Shown piece after piece: positions 29,997 through 39,043 of a DNA stretch of 64,000 nucleotides. Source of the stretch: Acidimicrobiales bacterium. GTDB lineage: Bacteria; Actinomycetota; Acidimicrobiia; Acidimicrobiales; VFJN01. Location: positions 21,510-85,509 of the forward strand of contig DATHJB010000033.1 of assembly GCA_035316325.1 (NCBI GenBank), read 5' to 3'. The notes beneath the pieces were generated by a model. It was not told the origin of the DNA, ran no database searches, and was given only the letters and a program-made list of their open reading frames with translations. Made by a program: the position numbers and the translations under genes. Positions within the stretch are counted from its first letter, which is position 1, and every line of letters starts with the position of its first letter.

Positions 29997-31082
29997 TCAC
30001 GGGCCGTCGACTCCGGCGACCTTGAAGACGGCTGAGGCGACGTCGTCCCAGGTCGGCGTCTCGTCACGGGTGCGGGCGGCCAGCTCGGGGAGGTGCTCGG
30101 CGCAACGCTCGATGGCGCTCGCCAACGACTTGGGATCGCCCGGCTCGGCGAGGGTGCCGTTGACCCCGTCGGTCACGGCCTCGATGATGCCGCCCACCGC
30201 GGTGGCGATCACCGGCCGGCCCGCCGACATGGCGACCGGCACGATGCCCGACTGGCTGGCGCTGCGGTAGGGGAGCAGCACCGCGTGGTGCGCCGCCAGG
30301 AGATCGCTCACCTCCGCGTCGGGGACGTAGCCGGGGTGCAGCTCCACCTGGTCGCCGAGGCCCAGGTCGTCGATCCGGCGATGCCAGGGTTCGACGTCCT
30401 CCCAGAACTCGCCGACCACGCTGAGCTGGGGGCGGATGCCGTGCTCGCCCAGCAGCACGAGGGCGTCGAGGGCCACGTCGAGACCTTTGTAGGGGCGCAC
30501 GAAGCCGAAGAACAGCAGGCGCAGCGGGTCGGCCTCGGGCATCGGCTGGGGGGTCACCTCGATCAGCGGTGGCATCGGGGTGGTCACCGCCTCGACGTCG
30601 AGATCGAGGCGTCCCACCTCTTCGGCCACCGTCGACGCATGGTCGACCAGTCCGTCGCAGTGCCCCAGCACCCAGCGTGTCAAGGGCCGTTGCAGCGGCA
30701 GCCGTTCGTGGGGCACCGCGTTGTGCACCACGGCGACGCGCCGTGGGGTGGAGCCCGCGGCCCACATGATGACCCGATACGGCAGGGCGTGGAACGGCGT
30801 CGTCCAGGTGAGCGCCAGCACGTCGCTGTGCCGGGCGATGCGGCCGGCGCGCCACCACGAGAGGGGGTCCCACCAGCGGAGGTTGAAGCGTGCGGTGGGG
30901 TGCGGCGTGGCCGTGGCGTCGCGTTGCCGGTGCCGGAAGAGCAGCTTCGGATACTGGTGCTGCCAGGACAGCACGGTCACGTCGGCTCGCCTGGACAGGG
31001 CCGCGGTCAGGAAGCCGCCGTGCTGAGCGATGCCACTGCAGAAGGGGGGCACAGGGCCGATGAAGGTGATGCGCGTGCTCAT
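29997..31082 (-). CDS. GT4-family (GT-B) glycosyltransferase
   Basis: Its C-terminal half (LLPYRSASQSGIVPVAMSAGRPVIATAVGGIIEAV) matches the GT4 EX7E region. Confidence 0.88.
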   Translation of the reverse strand: MSTRITFIGPVPPFCSGIAQHGGFLTAALSRRADVTVLSWQHQYPKLLFRHRQRDATATPHPTARFNLRWWDPLSWWRAGRIARHSDVLALTWTTPFHALPYRVIMWAAGSTPRRVAVVHNAVPHERLPLQRPLTRWVLGHCDGLVDHASTVAEEVGRLDLDVEAVTTPMPPLIEVTPQPMPEADPLRLLFFGFVRPYKGLDVALDALVLLGEHGIRPQLSVVGEFWEDVEPWHRRIDDLGLGDQVELHPGYVPDAEVSDLLAAHHAVLLPYRSASQSGIVPVAMSAGRPVIATAVGGIIEAVTDGVNGTLAEPGDPKSLASAIERCAEHLPELAARTRDETPTWDDVASAVFKVAGVDGP

Positions 31083-32806
31083 CGTGGTCTCAGACCGGCC
31101 ATCTTGTCATCCGCGGCGACCAGCTGTTCGTCGGTAGCCCGAATCGCCAGCGCGATCGCCTGTGCGGCGGCAGCCAGCACCACAAGACCGGCGATCACCA
31201 GGCCCGCGCCGATCATCTCGCCGGGCAGCGGCGACCACGCGACGACCGCTCGCACGCGTTCGCTCAGCGCGCTGTGCGGGGCGCCCCAGTAGTGGCCGAG
31301 CAGGGTCGTCACGCCGAAGCCCTGCATCACGAGGACGGCGACGAGCATGAGCAACGGCAGGCGCTGCAGCGAGCGGCGCATGAGGTTGGCCAGACCGAGG
31401 GCCACGACGACGGCGACACCGGCGAGGGCGCCGAACCAGTAGCGGCCCTGGAGCCCCGGCAGTCGCCCGGTGGTCGAGTAGGCGCGGAAGGCGTTGCCCA
31501 TCTGCAGGGCGACGAGCATCAGCAGCGGTGCCGCGAGGATGAAGCGGTCGCCCGACAACGTCGAGCCGACCCGGTCGCTGCGCAGCAGGGCGAGAGCGAT
31601 GGCGGCGATCACCACGACGGTGGCCACCCCGAAGACCGGGGCGGGGATGGCGGTGTCGAACCAGCCGAAGTCGCCCCAGAAGCGCCGCGTCGTCCGGTAG
31701 GCCCAGGTCCGGACGAACTCGTCCAGGTCGACCTTGATCTCCTCGGCAGGAGGGAGCAGCTCGCTGAAGCGGGATGGCGCGAGGTTGCCGTAGAGCACGA
31801 GGTTGCGCAGCCACCACCATCCACCGGTCACGAAGGCGGTGACGGCATAGATCGCACCCGTGTTGACGGCCGGTCGGAGGCTGTCGCGGCCGCCCCGGCG
31901 CAGCGCGATGAGCAGCGCGCCGCCGATCCACAGCGGGAGCACCACCGCGAAGCCCTTGGTGAGGGCGGTCATGCCGGTGAGCGCGCCGGCGAGCATCGCC
32001 GTGCGCGGGTTGAGGGCGCCCTTGGCGATGCGCAGGATGACGGGCGTCGACAGCCAGAACCCGAGCATAAGGAGGCTGTCGTTGTTGACGGCCGAACCGA
32101 TGTGGGTGAACTGCGGGATCGTCAGCGGCACGAGTGCTGCGGCGATGCCGACCGCTCGGGGCAGGTTCAGCAGTTGGGCGATGCGCCAGATCACCAGCGG
32201 CAGCGGTGCCACCAACGCGATGCTCACGAGGCGGTAGATCCACACCTCGAGGTCGAAGGGCAGGTCGCCGCCGGTCACGGTCTCGACGGCCCGCTCGGTG
32301 TTGCCGGCCACCAGGTAGTAGAGCGGCGGGTGCTGCGAGTTCTGGTTGATGCCCGTCGGGCGGGGTGGTGTGTCGAGGTCCTCGATGGACGGTCGCTCGC
32401 CCTTCGGCGGCGCCTCGTCGCTCGTCAGGTGCGCCGACGAGCGTGGGATGTGGAAGAAGACCTCGTCGAGCGACTGCTGGAGGCCGGGGGCCAGGTCACG
32501 CTCGTCCCAGGCGGGATAGTCCCACTCCTCGGACATCACGTGCGCGAGGTCGGCGTGCTGCGGCTCGTCGGGGGCGCGGTAGGTCGGTAGCAGGACCGAG
32601 TAGCCGAGCAGGATCGTGAGGTGGAGCGCGGTGATGGTCCACACCAAGAGCGGTACGCGCCGCACGGTGGCGACCGCTCGCCGGCGGAGCGGCTCCCGGG
32701 CGGGGGTGGAGTCCTCGGCTGAGTCGGTACGCGGCAACGTGGTCGCGGTTGGCTCACTCAGTTGCAACTCTGACTCCGAACTTCCTGTCGGCCTGTGGGG
32801 AGGCAC
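31079..32806 (-). CDS. DUF2142/GT-C-like polytopic membrane protein (putative polyprenyl-P-sugar-dependent glycosyltransferase)
   Basis: PTYRAPDEPQHADLAHV first-loop motif, HPPLYYLVAG, more than 10 TM segments. ATGA overlap with the downstream GT4 gene. Confidence 0.8.
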   Translation of the reverse strand: MPPHRPTGSSESELQLSEPTATTLPRTDSAEDSTPAREPLRRRAVATVRRVPLLVWTITALHLTILLGYSVLLPTYRAPDEPQHADLAHVMSEEWDYPAWDERDLAPGLQQSLDEVFFHIPRSSAHLTSDEAPPKGERPSIEDLDTPPRPTGINQNSQHPPLYYLVAGNTERAVETVTGGDLPFDLEVWIYRLVSIALVAPLPLVIWRIAQLLNLPRAVGIAAALVPLTIPQFTHIGSAVNNDSLLMLGFWLSTPVILRIAKGALNPRTAMLAGALTGMTALTKGFAVVLPLWIGGALLIALRRGGRDSLRPAVNTGAIYAVTAFVTGGWWWLRNLVLYGNLAPSRFSELLPPAEEIKVDLDEFVRTWAYRTTRRFWGDFGWFDTAIPAPVFGVATVVVIAAIALALLRSDRVGSTLSGDRFILAAPLLMLVALQMGNAFRAYSTTGRLPGLQGRYWFGALAGVAVVVALGLANLMRRSLQRLPLLMLVAVLVMQGFGVTTLLGHYWGAPHSALSERVRAVVAWSPLPGEMIGAGLVIAGLVVLAAAAQAIALAIRATDEQLVAADDKMAGLRPR

Positions 32807-32931
32807 TGACGCCAGCCAGCCACCCTACAGGCGGTGACCAGGCGTCGCCGGACGACGCGGGAGGGGCCAGCGCTCGCGCGCTGGCCCCTCGCCGGATCGG
32901 ATCCGTCCAGCTCGCCGGACGAACGTGGGTG

Positions 32932-34005
32932 CTAGCTGTGGCTGTCCACCGTGCCGACCTGCGTGGCCGAGCCGATGCCGTCCACTGCCGTGTCGGGACC
33001 GGCGGCCGAGCGCCCGGAGGCCTCGGGTGCCACGGGCAGGTACTCCCACAGGTCGATCTGACCGTTCGCGAAGTCGGGCGCGTAGTCCCAGATCGTCAGG
33101 CCGGCTTCGCCGAACCAGAAGACGTCCGAGTGCCCGTCGCCGAGGAAGTCCCCGGCCACCGCGGTCTGTGCCCCGTCGATGTTGCCGAACGCGGCGTTGA
33201 ACTTGGTGCCGAGGAGGTAGTCGAAGATCGAGTCCGGACCGCTCGGGGAGAACCAGTAGATGTCCTCGCCCCTCCAGCCGTCGTTGAAGATGTCGACCTT
33301 GAGCGGCTCGTAGAAGCCGTTCACCGGCGTGGCGATGCTGGTGTAGTTGAAGGTGTTGACCTTGTAGTCCCAGAGGGAGTCGGGGCCGGTGCCTTCCTTG
33401 TACCAGAAGATGTCGTCGGTGTTGTCCTTGCCGAACGACCCGGAGATCGGCGTGTAGCTGCCGTTCACCGTGCGGGGGATGGCCGTGTACGCGCCGTTGG
33501 CGTTGTACTCCCACAGGGAGTCCGCCCCGGTGCCCGCCTTGTACCAGAGGATGTCGTCGACGTGGTCGCCGGTGTAGTCACCGACCACCGGCTCGTAGTA
33601 GCCGTTCACCGTGTAGGGCTTCGACGTGTGTGACGTCCACGCGGGGAAGTTCCACACGAAGTCCGCCGTCGGGCCCGGCGCGTACCAGAGGATCTCGTCG
33701 AAGGCATCGCCGTCGAAGTTTCCGACGAACGGAGAGTAGGTACCGTTCACCTGGTGGTTCGTGAGCTCTGTCGATGTGATCTCGCCGCCGCTGTTGCCGT
33801 TGTTGGTCAACGAGACCAGGTAGTCGGTCGCAGGACCGGCTGTGTACTCGAATATCTCGTCACGGGAATCGCCCACGAAGTTGCCGCTCAGGAGAGCCGT
33901 TCCGGGACCCTCCTGCGCGCCCGCCGGCGTCGGCACGCTGAGTGCCGCCGTGCTCGCTGCGATCGCGGCCGCCGTTGCGGCGGCCACGAACCTGCCTGTC
34001 TTCAT
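32932..34005 (-). CDS. Secreted FG-GAP/VCBS-like repeat (beta-propeller) protein
   Basis: Signal peptide (AAIAASTAALSVPTPAGA). Six ~50-aa repeats of G[ND]FxGDxxD[DE]I[FL]WYxxGxxxDxxW. The ATG at 34005 is preceded by GGAGGG. Confidence 0.8.
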   Translation of the reverse strand: MKTGRFVAAATAAAIAASTAALSVPTPAGAQEGPGTALLSGNFVGDSRDEIFEYTAGPATDYLVSLTNNGNSGGEITSTELTNHQVNGTYSPFVGNFDGDAFDEILWYAPGPTADFVWNFPAWTSHTSKPYTVNGYYEPVVGDYTGDHVDDILWYKAGTGADSLWEYNANGAYTAIPRTVNGSYTPISGSFGKDNTDDIFWYKEGTGPDSLWDYKVNTFNYTSIATPVNGFYEPLKVDIFNDGWRGEDIYWFSPSGPDSIFDYLLGTKFNAAFGNIDGAQTAVAGDFLGDGHSDVFWFGEAGLTIWDYAPDFANGQIDLWEYLPVAPEASGRSAAGPDTAVDGIGSATQVGTVDSHS

Positions 34006-34014
34006 CTCACCCTC

Positions 34015-34044
34015 CCCCGCCACGCCCCAACGGCGTGAGCGGGG
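34015..34044 (-). promoter_or_regulatory. 5'-leader hairpin abutting the Shine-Dalgarno sequence of the FG-GAP gene
   Basis: CCCCGC-CACGCC-[CCAAC]-GGCGTG-A-GCGGGG forms 12 bp with one bulge. On the minus strand the 3' arm GCGGGG runs directly into GAGGGTGAGATG. Confidence 0.3.
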
Positions 34045-34135
34045 CGACCATAGACGGAGAGTGGTCATGGCGTGCAGCGCGGATCAGGCAGGCTCTGAAC
34101 CACGTGGTCACCGCCGGTGGCTAGTGTGGCCCGCC

Positions 34136-35833
34136 ATGGGTCGCACGGCGGGATCCTCTGCTGACTCCTCTGGCGCCTTCGCGCCTGGTCACGACCGGCG
34201 TGTCGGCGCGTCGTTCGCGTCGCGTCGCGTCCGTCTGGGCGTGGCGGGCGCCCTCTTGACGTTGCTGTGCGGCGGGCTGGTCGCGTTGCTCGCGACACCG
34301 CCGTTCATGCCCGCGGACGAGAGCGGTCACGCCGGCTACGCGCTCGAAGTGGTCGACGGGGACCTGCCGACGACGGACGAGATGGTCGAGGTCGAACTGC
34401 CGGGCCAGAAGCCGACCCGGATGTTCGTGGCGAACCATCCGCCGCTCTACTACGTGCTCGTCGGGCCGGTGCTGGCGTGGGGACGCGACAGCGACCACGC
34501 GTACGCCGGGATCCGCCTGGCGAAGGGGTTCTCGCTCGCGCTCGCCGGGGGCACGGTGGTCGGTGCCGCGGCGATGGCGGGGGTGTTGGTGCGCAGGCGC
34601 CGAGCCGAGGCGATGGTGCTGACCGCGGGGTTGACCGCGACCGTGCCGACGCTCGTGTTCACGTCGACCGCGGTGCACAACGACCTGCTGGCGGTGTTCG
34701 CGGGCGTGGTCGCCTACTCCGCCGCCCTGGCCGCGCTGGTCAGCGGCCCGCGCCGGTCGCACGTGCTGCTGGTCTGCCTGGGCGCGGCCGTCACGATGGC
34801 GACGCGGTTCTCGGGCCTCGGCGTGGTGCTGCTGGCCGCTGCCGGTCTCGGTGCCGCCTTCCTGTTCCACAACGCCGGCAGCTGGCGGCGTCGCCTGGGC
34901 GCAGGGGTGCTGTTCGGTGCGGCCCCGCTGGTCAGCGCCCTGGTGGCAGCCGGTTGGTACTACCAGCGCAACAAGCGCCTCTACGGCGACTACGCGGGGA
35001 TCAACGACAACATCGAGTTCCTGCAGCGCGCCGACAGGTACACCCTGGTCGGGTACCTCACCGATCGCCTCAGCCTGCCCGACCTGCTGACGCGGATGGA
35101 GGGCGGCGGGGGCTGGCGCGGCACGCCCTACTTCGGGTGGTACGACCGCAAGCTGCTGGCGGTCGTCGTGGCGGCCGTCGCGCTGGGCGCGCTGCTGCGC
35201 GCGGCCGGCGGCCTGCGGTCGTGGATCGTGAGCCGCCGAGAAGGCCGTACACCCGCCCGCCCGCTCGACGACCTACCGATCACCGTGCGGTTGACGGTCG
35301 TGACGATGCTCCTGGGTCTGCCGTTGCTGCTCTGGGTCCAGCTCGCCGGGTTCGTCTCCCAGACCGGTGCGCCGCACCCGCGCTACATGTTCGCCGCGAT
35401 CCCGGTGCTGGCGTTGCTGATCGCGCTGGCGTTGCTGGGCTTCCCCCGCCGGCTCGCCGGCCTGGTGGGGACGGCGATCGTGGCGTTCCAGGTCGTCCTG
35501 ATCGTCACGACGACGGGGCGCTTCGTCAGCCGGCGCCTGGGTGCTCCCCCGGCGAACCCCCTCCGGCAGGTCCGCGACGCCTTGGAGCACGCGGGCATCC
35601 CGAACCCGTGGCTCGCGCTCGGCCTGCTCGGCACCGGCGCCGCGGCCGGCATCGCCCTGCAGCTCGTCGCCGTGTGGAAGCCGGCCGAGGTGCAGCTCGC
35701 CGCCGCGGGCCCTGGGGTGCTGGACCTCTCGGCGGACTCGGCCGACTCGGCCGACTCGGGTGGCGCGACCGGCGCCAACGGTGCGGATGGCACCGGCCCC
35801 ACCCTGCCTCAGGTCTCGGTGCCGTCGACCTGA
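34136..35833 (+). CDS. GT-C-like polytopic membrane protein, paralog of 31079..32806
   Basis: PPFMPADESGHAGYA and ANHPPLYYVLVG mirror the DUF2142 motifs of the paralog. More than 10 TM segments. The start is either ATG 34136 or GTG 34124. Confidence 0.75.
   Translation: MGRTAGSSADSSGAFAPGHDRRVGASFASRRVRLGVAGALLTLLCGGLVALLATPPFMPADESGHAGYALEVVDGDLPTTDEMVEVELPGQKPTRMFVANHPPLYYVLVGPVLAWGRDSDHAYAGIRLAKGFSLALAGGTVVGAAAMAGVLVRRRRAEAMVLTAGLTATVPTLVFTSTAVHNDLLAVFAGVVAYSAALAALVSGPRRSHVLLVCLGAAVTMATRFSGLGVVLLAAAGLGAAFLFHNAGSWRRRLGAGVLFGAAPLVSALVAAGWYYQRNKRLYGDYAGINDNIEFLQRADRYTLVGYLTDRLSLPDLLTRMEGGGGWRGTPYFGWYDRKLLAVVVAAVALGALLRAAGGLRSWIVSRREGRTPARPLDDLPITVRLTVVTMLLGLPLLLWVQLAGFVSQTGAPHPRYMFAAIPVLALLIALALLGFPRRLAGLVGTAIVAFQVVLIVTTTGRFVSRRLGAPPANPLRQVRDALEHAGIPNPWLALGLLGTGAAAGIALQLVAVWKPAEVQLAAAGPGVLDLSADSADSADSGGATGANGADGTGPTLPQVSVPST
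35732..35758. repeat. 9-bp x3 tandem repeat (GCNGACTCG) encoding (ADS)3 in the C-terminal tail of the GT-C-like protein
   Basis: gcggactcg gccgactcg gccgactcg, read directly from the sequence. Confidence 0.6.
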
Positions 35834-37398
35834 TCGTCGGCGCTGGTCGCGCTCTCGGGCGACGTCGACACCTGGTTGCGGAGCACGAGCGCCACGGCGA
35901 AGGCGGCGGCGACACCTCCGGTGGGCACGGCCGGGATCACGTAGCGCAGGTCGTACTGGGCGGTGAACGGCGGGATCACGACCAGCGCCATCGTCACGCC
36001 CCAGAACAGCGCCACCGGCCAGACGAGCTCGGGCTTGCGTCGCAGCGCCAGCACGAGGCCGACACCACCGGCCACCAGCAGCATCAGCAGGAAGGGCCCG
36101 CGCACCGCGAAGACGCGCTGGTACTGCGTCATCCACTCGGCGAACGGCTCGATGCGGCGGGTGTCGGCGGCCCCGTGCTCGTACTCGGTGGTGTCCTGCC
36201 GGGCGGTGAGGTCGGGGACGAAGACCCGGTCGGGGATCGGGAACAGGTTCTCGCCGAACGGGAACTGTGAGTAGGCGGTGACGTTCGGGAAGGGCTCACG
36301 GCCCCACTGGAACGTGCGCACCAGGTCGTTCCAGCCGACCCGCAGGTAGTCGATCGGCTGCGCCAGGATCGTGGCACGTGCGAACTCGCCGGCCGGGCCG
36401 TTGCGGTCGGCGGAGAAGCGCTCCACCGGCAGCATCGGCTCCTGCTGCGTCCCCGGGATGTCGTTCAACGGCGACCGGTGCCACAGGTAGTTCGACGAGA
36501 CGTCGCCGCGCGCCGACGGGTCGCTGTCCTCGCACATGACGGCGAGGTCCTCGGGCGGGTCGATCTTGTCGCAGTCGGCGAAGATCGCGACGCGGCTGTA
36601 GAGGAAGATGCCGTCGCTGGTCGACAGCGCGAACTGGCCGTGCACCGATTGGAACCAGGCCGCGTAGCCGAGCAGGGGCAGTGCCGCGGCGGCGCCGAAG
36701 GCGACCACGGGTCGCCAGCCGACCCGCCACACGAGCAGCAGGAGCAGCCCGAACGCCAGGACGGGCAGGCCGACCACCCGGGTCAGGGTGGCGCCCGCCA
36801 GCAGCAGCCCTGCCGCCGCCGTGATCGGCCACGACGGGTCGGGCCGCCAGGCCAGCAACACGATGCCGCCGACCAGCAGGATCGTGAACAGGGTGTCGGA
36901 CAGGACGACGTGCTCGAGTTGCACCTGGTTGGCGTCGAGCAGCTGTGGCAGCGCGCCGAGGGCTGCGAGCCAGCCGGGCAGCCCCCAGTGGCGCAGCAGC
37001 GCGTAGAGCATCACCGCGATGCCCAGGCCCATGAGGTGCTGCGCCACCGTGACCAGGGCGAAGCTGTGGAACGGCTCCATGATCCGCAACATGGCGCTGT
37101 AGCCGTTCGGCCGGATGGGGTACGGGTCGAAGCGGCGGGCGACGCCCACGTACTCGAAGGCGTCGTTGAACCACATCGCCGGGCGGAACCCGAGCACGGC
37201 GATCGCCCGCACCAGCGCGCCGGCGGCGAGCGCGGCGACGAAGGGGCGATGCCGGCCGACGGCGTCGAGCACGACGACCGCGCGGGACCGCGGCACCCGC
37301 TCGCCGGTGTCGGCGGCGGCGTCGCCGTCGCCGTCGGAGGGGGTCGACGTGCCGGGACTGCGCGCCTCGTCCGGTGTGTCCACTGCCGCTGTCCGCAT
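35809..37398 (-). CDS. GT-C-like polytopic membrane protein with large extracytoplasmic domain (putative polyprenyl-P-dependent glycosyltransferase)
   Basis: 529-aa ORF. MWFNDAFEY first-loop acidic motif, ~8 N-terminal TM segments, a ~200-aa soluble region and 2 C-terminal TM segments. Its 3' end overlaps the convergent gene by 25 nt. Confidence 0.7.
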   Translation of the reverse strand: MRTAAVDTPDEARSPGTSTPSDGDGDAAADTGERVPRSRAVVVLDAVGRHRPFVAALAAGALVRAIAVLGFRPAMWFNDAFEYVGVARRFDPYPIRPNGYSAMLRIMEPFHSFALVTVAQHLMGLGIAVMLYALLRHWGLPGWLAALGALPQLLDANQVQLEHVVLSDTLFTILLVGGIVLLAWRPDPSWPITAAAGLLLAGATLTRVVGLPVLAFGLLLLLVWRVGWRPVVAFGAAAALPLLGYAAWFQSVHGQFALSTSDGIFLYSRVAIFADCDKIDPPEDLAVMCEDSDPSARGDVSSNYLWHRSPLNDIPGTQQEPMLPVERFSADRNGPAGEFARATILAQPIDYLRVGWNDLVRTFQWGREPFPNVTAYSQFPFGENLFPIPDRVFVPDLTARQDTTEYEHGAADTRRIEPFAEWMTQYQRVFAVRGPFLLMLLVAGGVGLVLALRRKPELVWPVALFWGVTMALVVIPPFTAQYDLRYVIPAVPTGGVAAAFAVALVLRNQVSTSPESATSADDQVDGTET

Positions 37399-37417
37399 CC
37401 GAAGCCCGCCGAGTCGT

Positions 37418-39040
37418 CTAGGTGATGCTGCCGTCGGACAGGTAGACGGGCGGGATGAAGTCGACCGTGTGCGGCCCGAAGTTGGGGTTGTAGTACGGGT
37501 CGGGGTCGAAGGTGTGCAGCCAGCGGTCGTCGAGCAGGTGGTGCTCCCAGTCGACGACCTTGGGCGAACGGCTGGACGACTCGAAGTGGTAGAGCTGCGC
37601 GTCGGGGTCGAGCACCACGCGGTAGCCCTGCGCCCGCAGCTTGAGGCAGTAGTCCATGTCGTTGAAGTTGACGGGGAACCGCTGCGACAGGCCGCCGACC
37701 TGCTCGAACACCGCCCGGCGCGACATCACGCAGGCGCCGGTGACCGCGGTGTAGTTGGCCGCGACCAGGGCGTTGGCGTAGTAGCCGGTGTGGTCGCGGG
37801 CGAACCCGCGGTACACGTGCCCGGGGCCCGACGGCAGGAACACCACGCCGGTGTGCTGGATGCGCCCGTCGCCGAAGAAGAGCTTCGCACCGACTGCGCC
37901 GACACCGGGCTGGCGCGAGTACATCACCATCCGCTCGATCCAGTCGGGCGAGATGACCTCCATGTCGTCGTTGAGCATGAGGAGGTGCTCGCCCTGGCTG
38001 GCGATGGCGCCGACGTTGATCTTCTGCGAGTAGTGGAACGGGCGCGAGAACGGCACGATGCGCAACCGGTCACCGGCGATCTCGACCAGCTCGTCGCGCA
38101 CGTCGGGCTGCACGCTGTCGTCGACGACGACGATCAGCTCGTAGTTCGAGTAGGTGGACGTCCGGACGACGCTGCGCACGCAGTGCGTGATCAGGGTGAC
38201 GCCTTCGGCCCTGACCTCGCGGGGCGTGCCCGCGGTGGGGATGACGATGCTGACCAGGGGCTGCTCTCGCAGGGCCGGCTGCAGGTGGTACACGCCGCCC
38301 AGTGTCGGGTCGGCGACGACGGTGGCCTCGAAGCCGATCCGGTCGCAGTGGGCCTGCAGCGCCCGCGTGCCCGCCTCGAAGGCGTAGGGCTTGGCTTCCT
38401 GGGCGTTGGCGCTGGCGGTCGACGTGGGCAGCGTGCGCCAGTGGTAGAGCACCTTGGGCACGTGCACGACGTCACGGGCCTGCTCGGTGACCCGCAGCAC
38501 CAGGTCCCAGTCCTGTGAGCCCTCGAAGCCGTCGTGGAAGCCGCCGACCTCCTCGACGAGGCTGCGCCGCAGCACGCTCATGTGGCACGTGTACATCTGC
38601 GTGCGGAACCGGTCGGGGGACCAGGCGGGCTTGAAGAACGCGGCCGAGTGCCGGCCCTGCTCGTCGATCTTGTCCTCGTCGGTGTAGGCGTAGTCGGCCT
38701 CGGGCGTGGCCTCGAGCTTCTCGTGCACCAGGAGCAGGGCGTCGGGGTGCAGCTCGTCGTCGTGGTCGAGCAGCGCCACGAACTCGCCGCTCGCCATGGC
38801 CAGGGCGTCGTTCGAGGCGGCCACGATGCCGCCGTTGGCGGCGCGGCGCCCGATCCGCACCCGGGGGTCCTTCTTGGCGGCCTTCTGCAGGATCTCCTGC
38901 ACGTGTGGCGACGGCGATGCGTCGTCGACCAGGCAGTGCTCCCAGTCGCCGAAGGTCTGGGCCTGCACCGACGCGAGCATCGCCTCGAGGACGGCGGGTG
39001 GCGGGTCGTAGACGGGTGTGACGATGGAGAAGCGGGGCAC
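37418..39040 (-). CDS. Bifunctional glycosyltransferase with two GT2 domains
   Basis: Domain 1: FSIVTPVYDPP...DDASP...LDHDDEL...DEDK. Domain 2: VSIVIPTAG...VVDDS...LNDDMEV. Confidence 0.9.
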   Translation of the reverse strand: MPRFSIVTPVYDPPPAVLEAMLASVQAQTFGDWEHCLVDDASPSPHVQEILQKAAKKDPRVRIGRRAANGGIVAASNDALAMASGEFVALLDHDDELHPDALLLVHEKLEATPEADYAYTDEDKIDEQGRHSAAFFKPAWSPDRFRTQMYTCHMSVLRRSLVEEVGGFHDGFEGSQDWDLVLRVTEQARDVVHVPKVLYHWRTLPTSTASANAQEAKPYAFEAGTRALQAHCDRIGFEATVVADPTLGGVYHLQPALREQPLVSIVIPTAGTPREVRAEGVTLITHCVRSVVRTSTYSNYELIVVVDDSVQPDVRDELVEIAGDRLRIVPFSRPFHYSQKINVGAIASQGEHLLMLNDDMEVISPDWIERMVMYSRQPGVGAVGAKLFFGDGRIQHTGVVFLPSGPGHVYRGFARDHTGYYANALVAANYTAVTGACVMSRRAVFEQVGGLSQRFPVNFNDMDYCLKLRAQGYRVVLDPDAQLYHFESSSRSPKVVDWEHHLLDDRWLHTFDPDPYYNPNFGPHTVDFIPPVYLSDGSIT

Positions 39041-39043
39041 CAG

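Noticed and set aside
34015-34044. Similarity between the FG-GAP leader hairpin (CCCCGCCACGCCCCAACGGCG) and the 26-nt repeat (CCCCGCCGCCGCCCCAAGCGG).
   Set aside because: The match is only partial and needs gaps. The element is in the opposite orientation relative to its downstream gene. C/G-rich runs of this kind are likely to recur by chance at this GC content.
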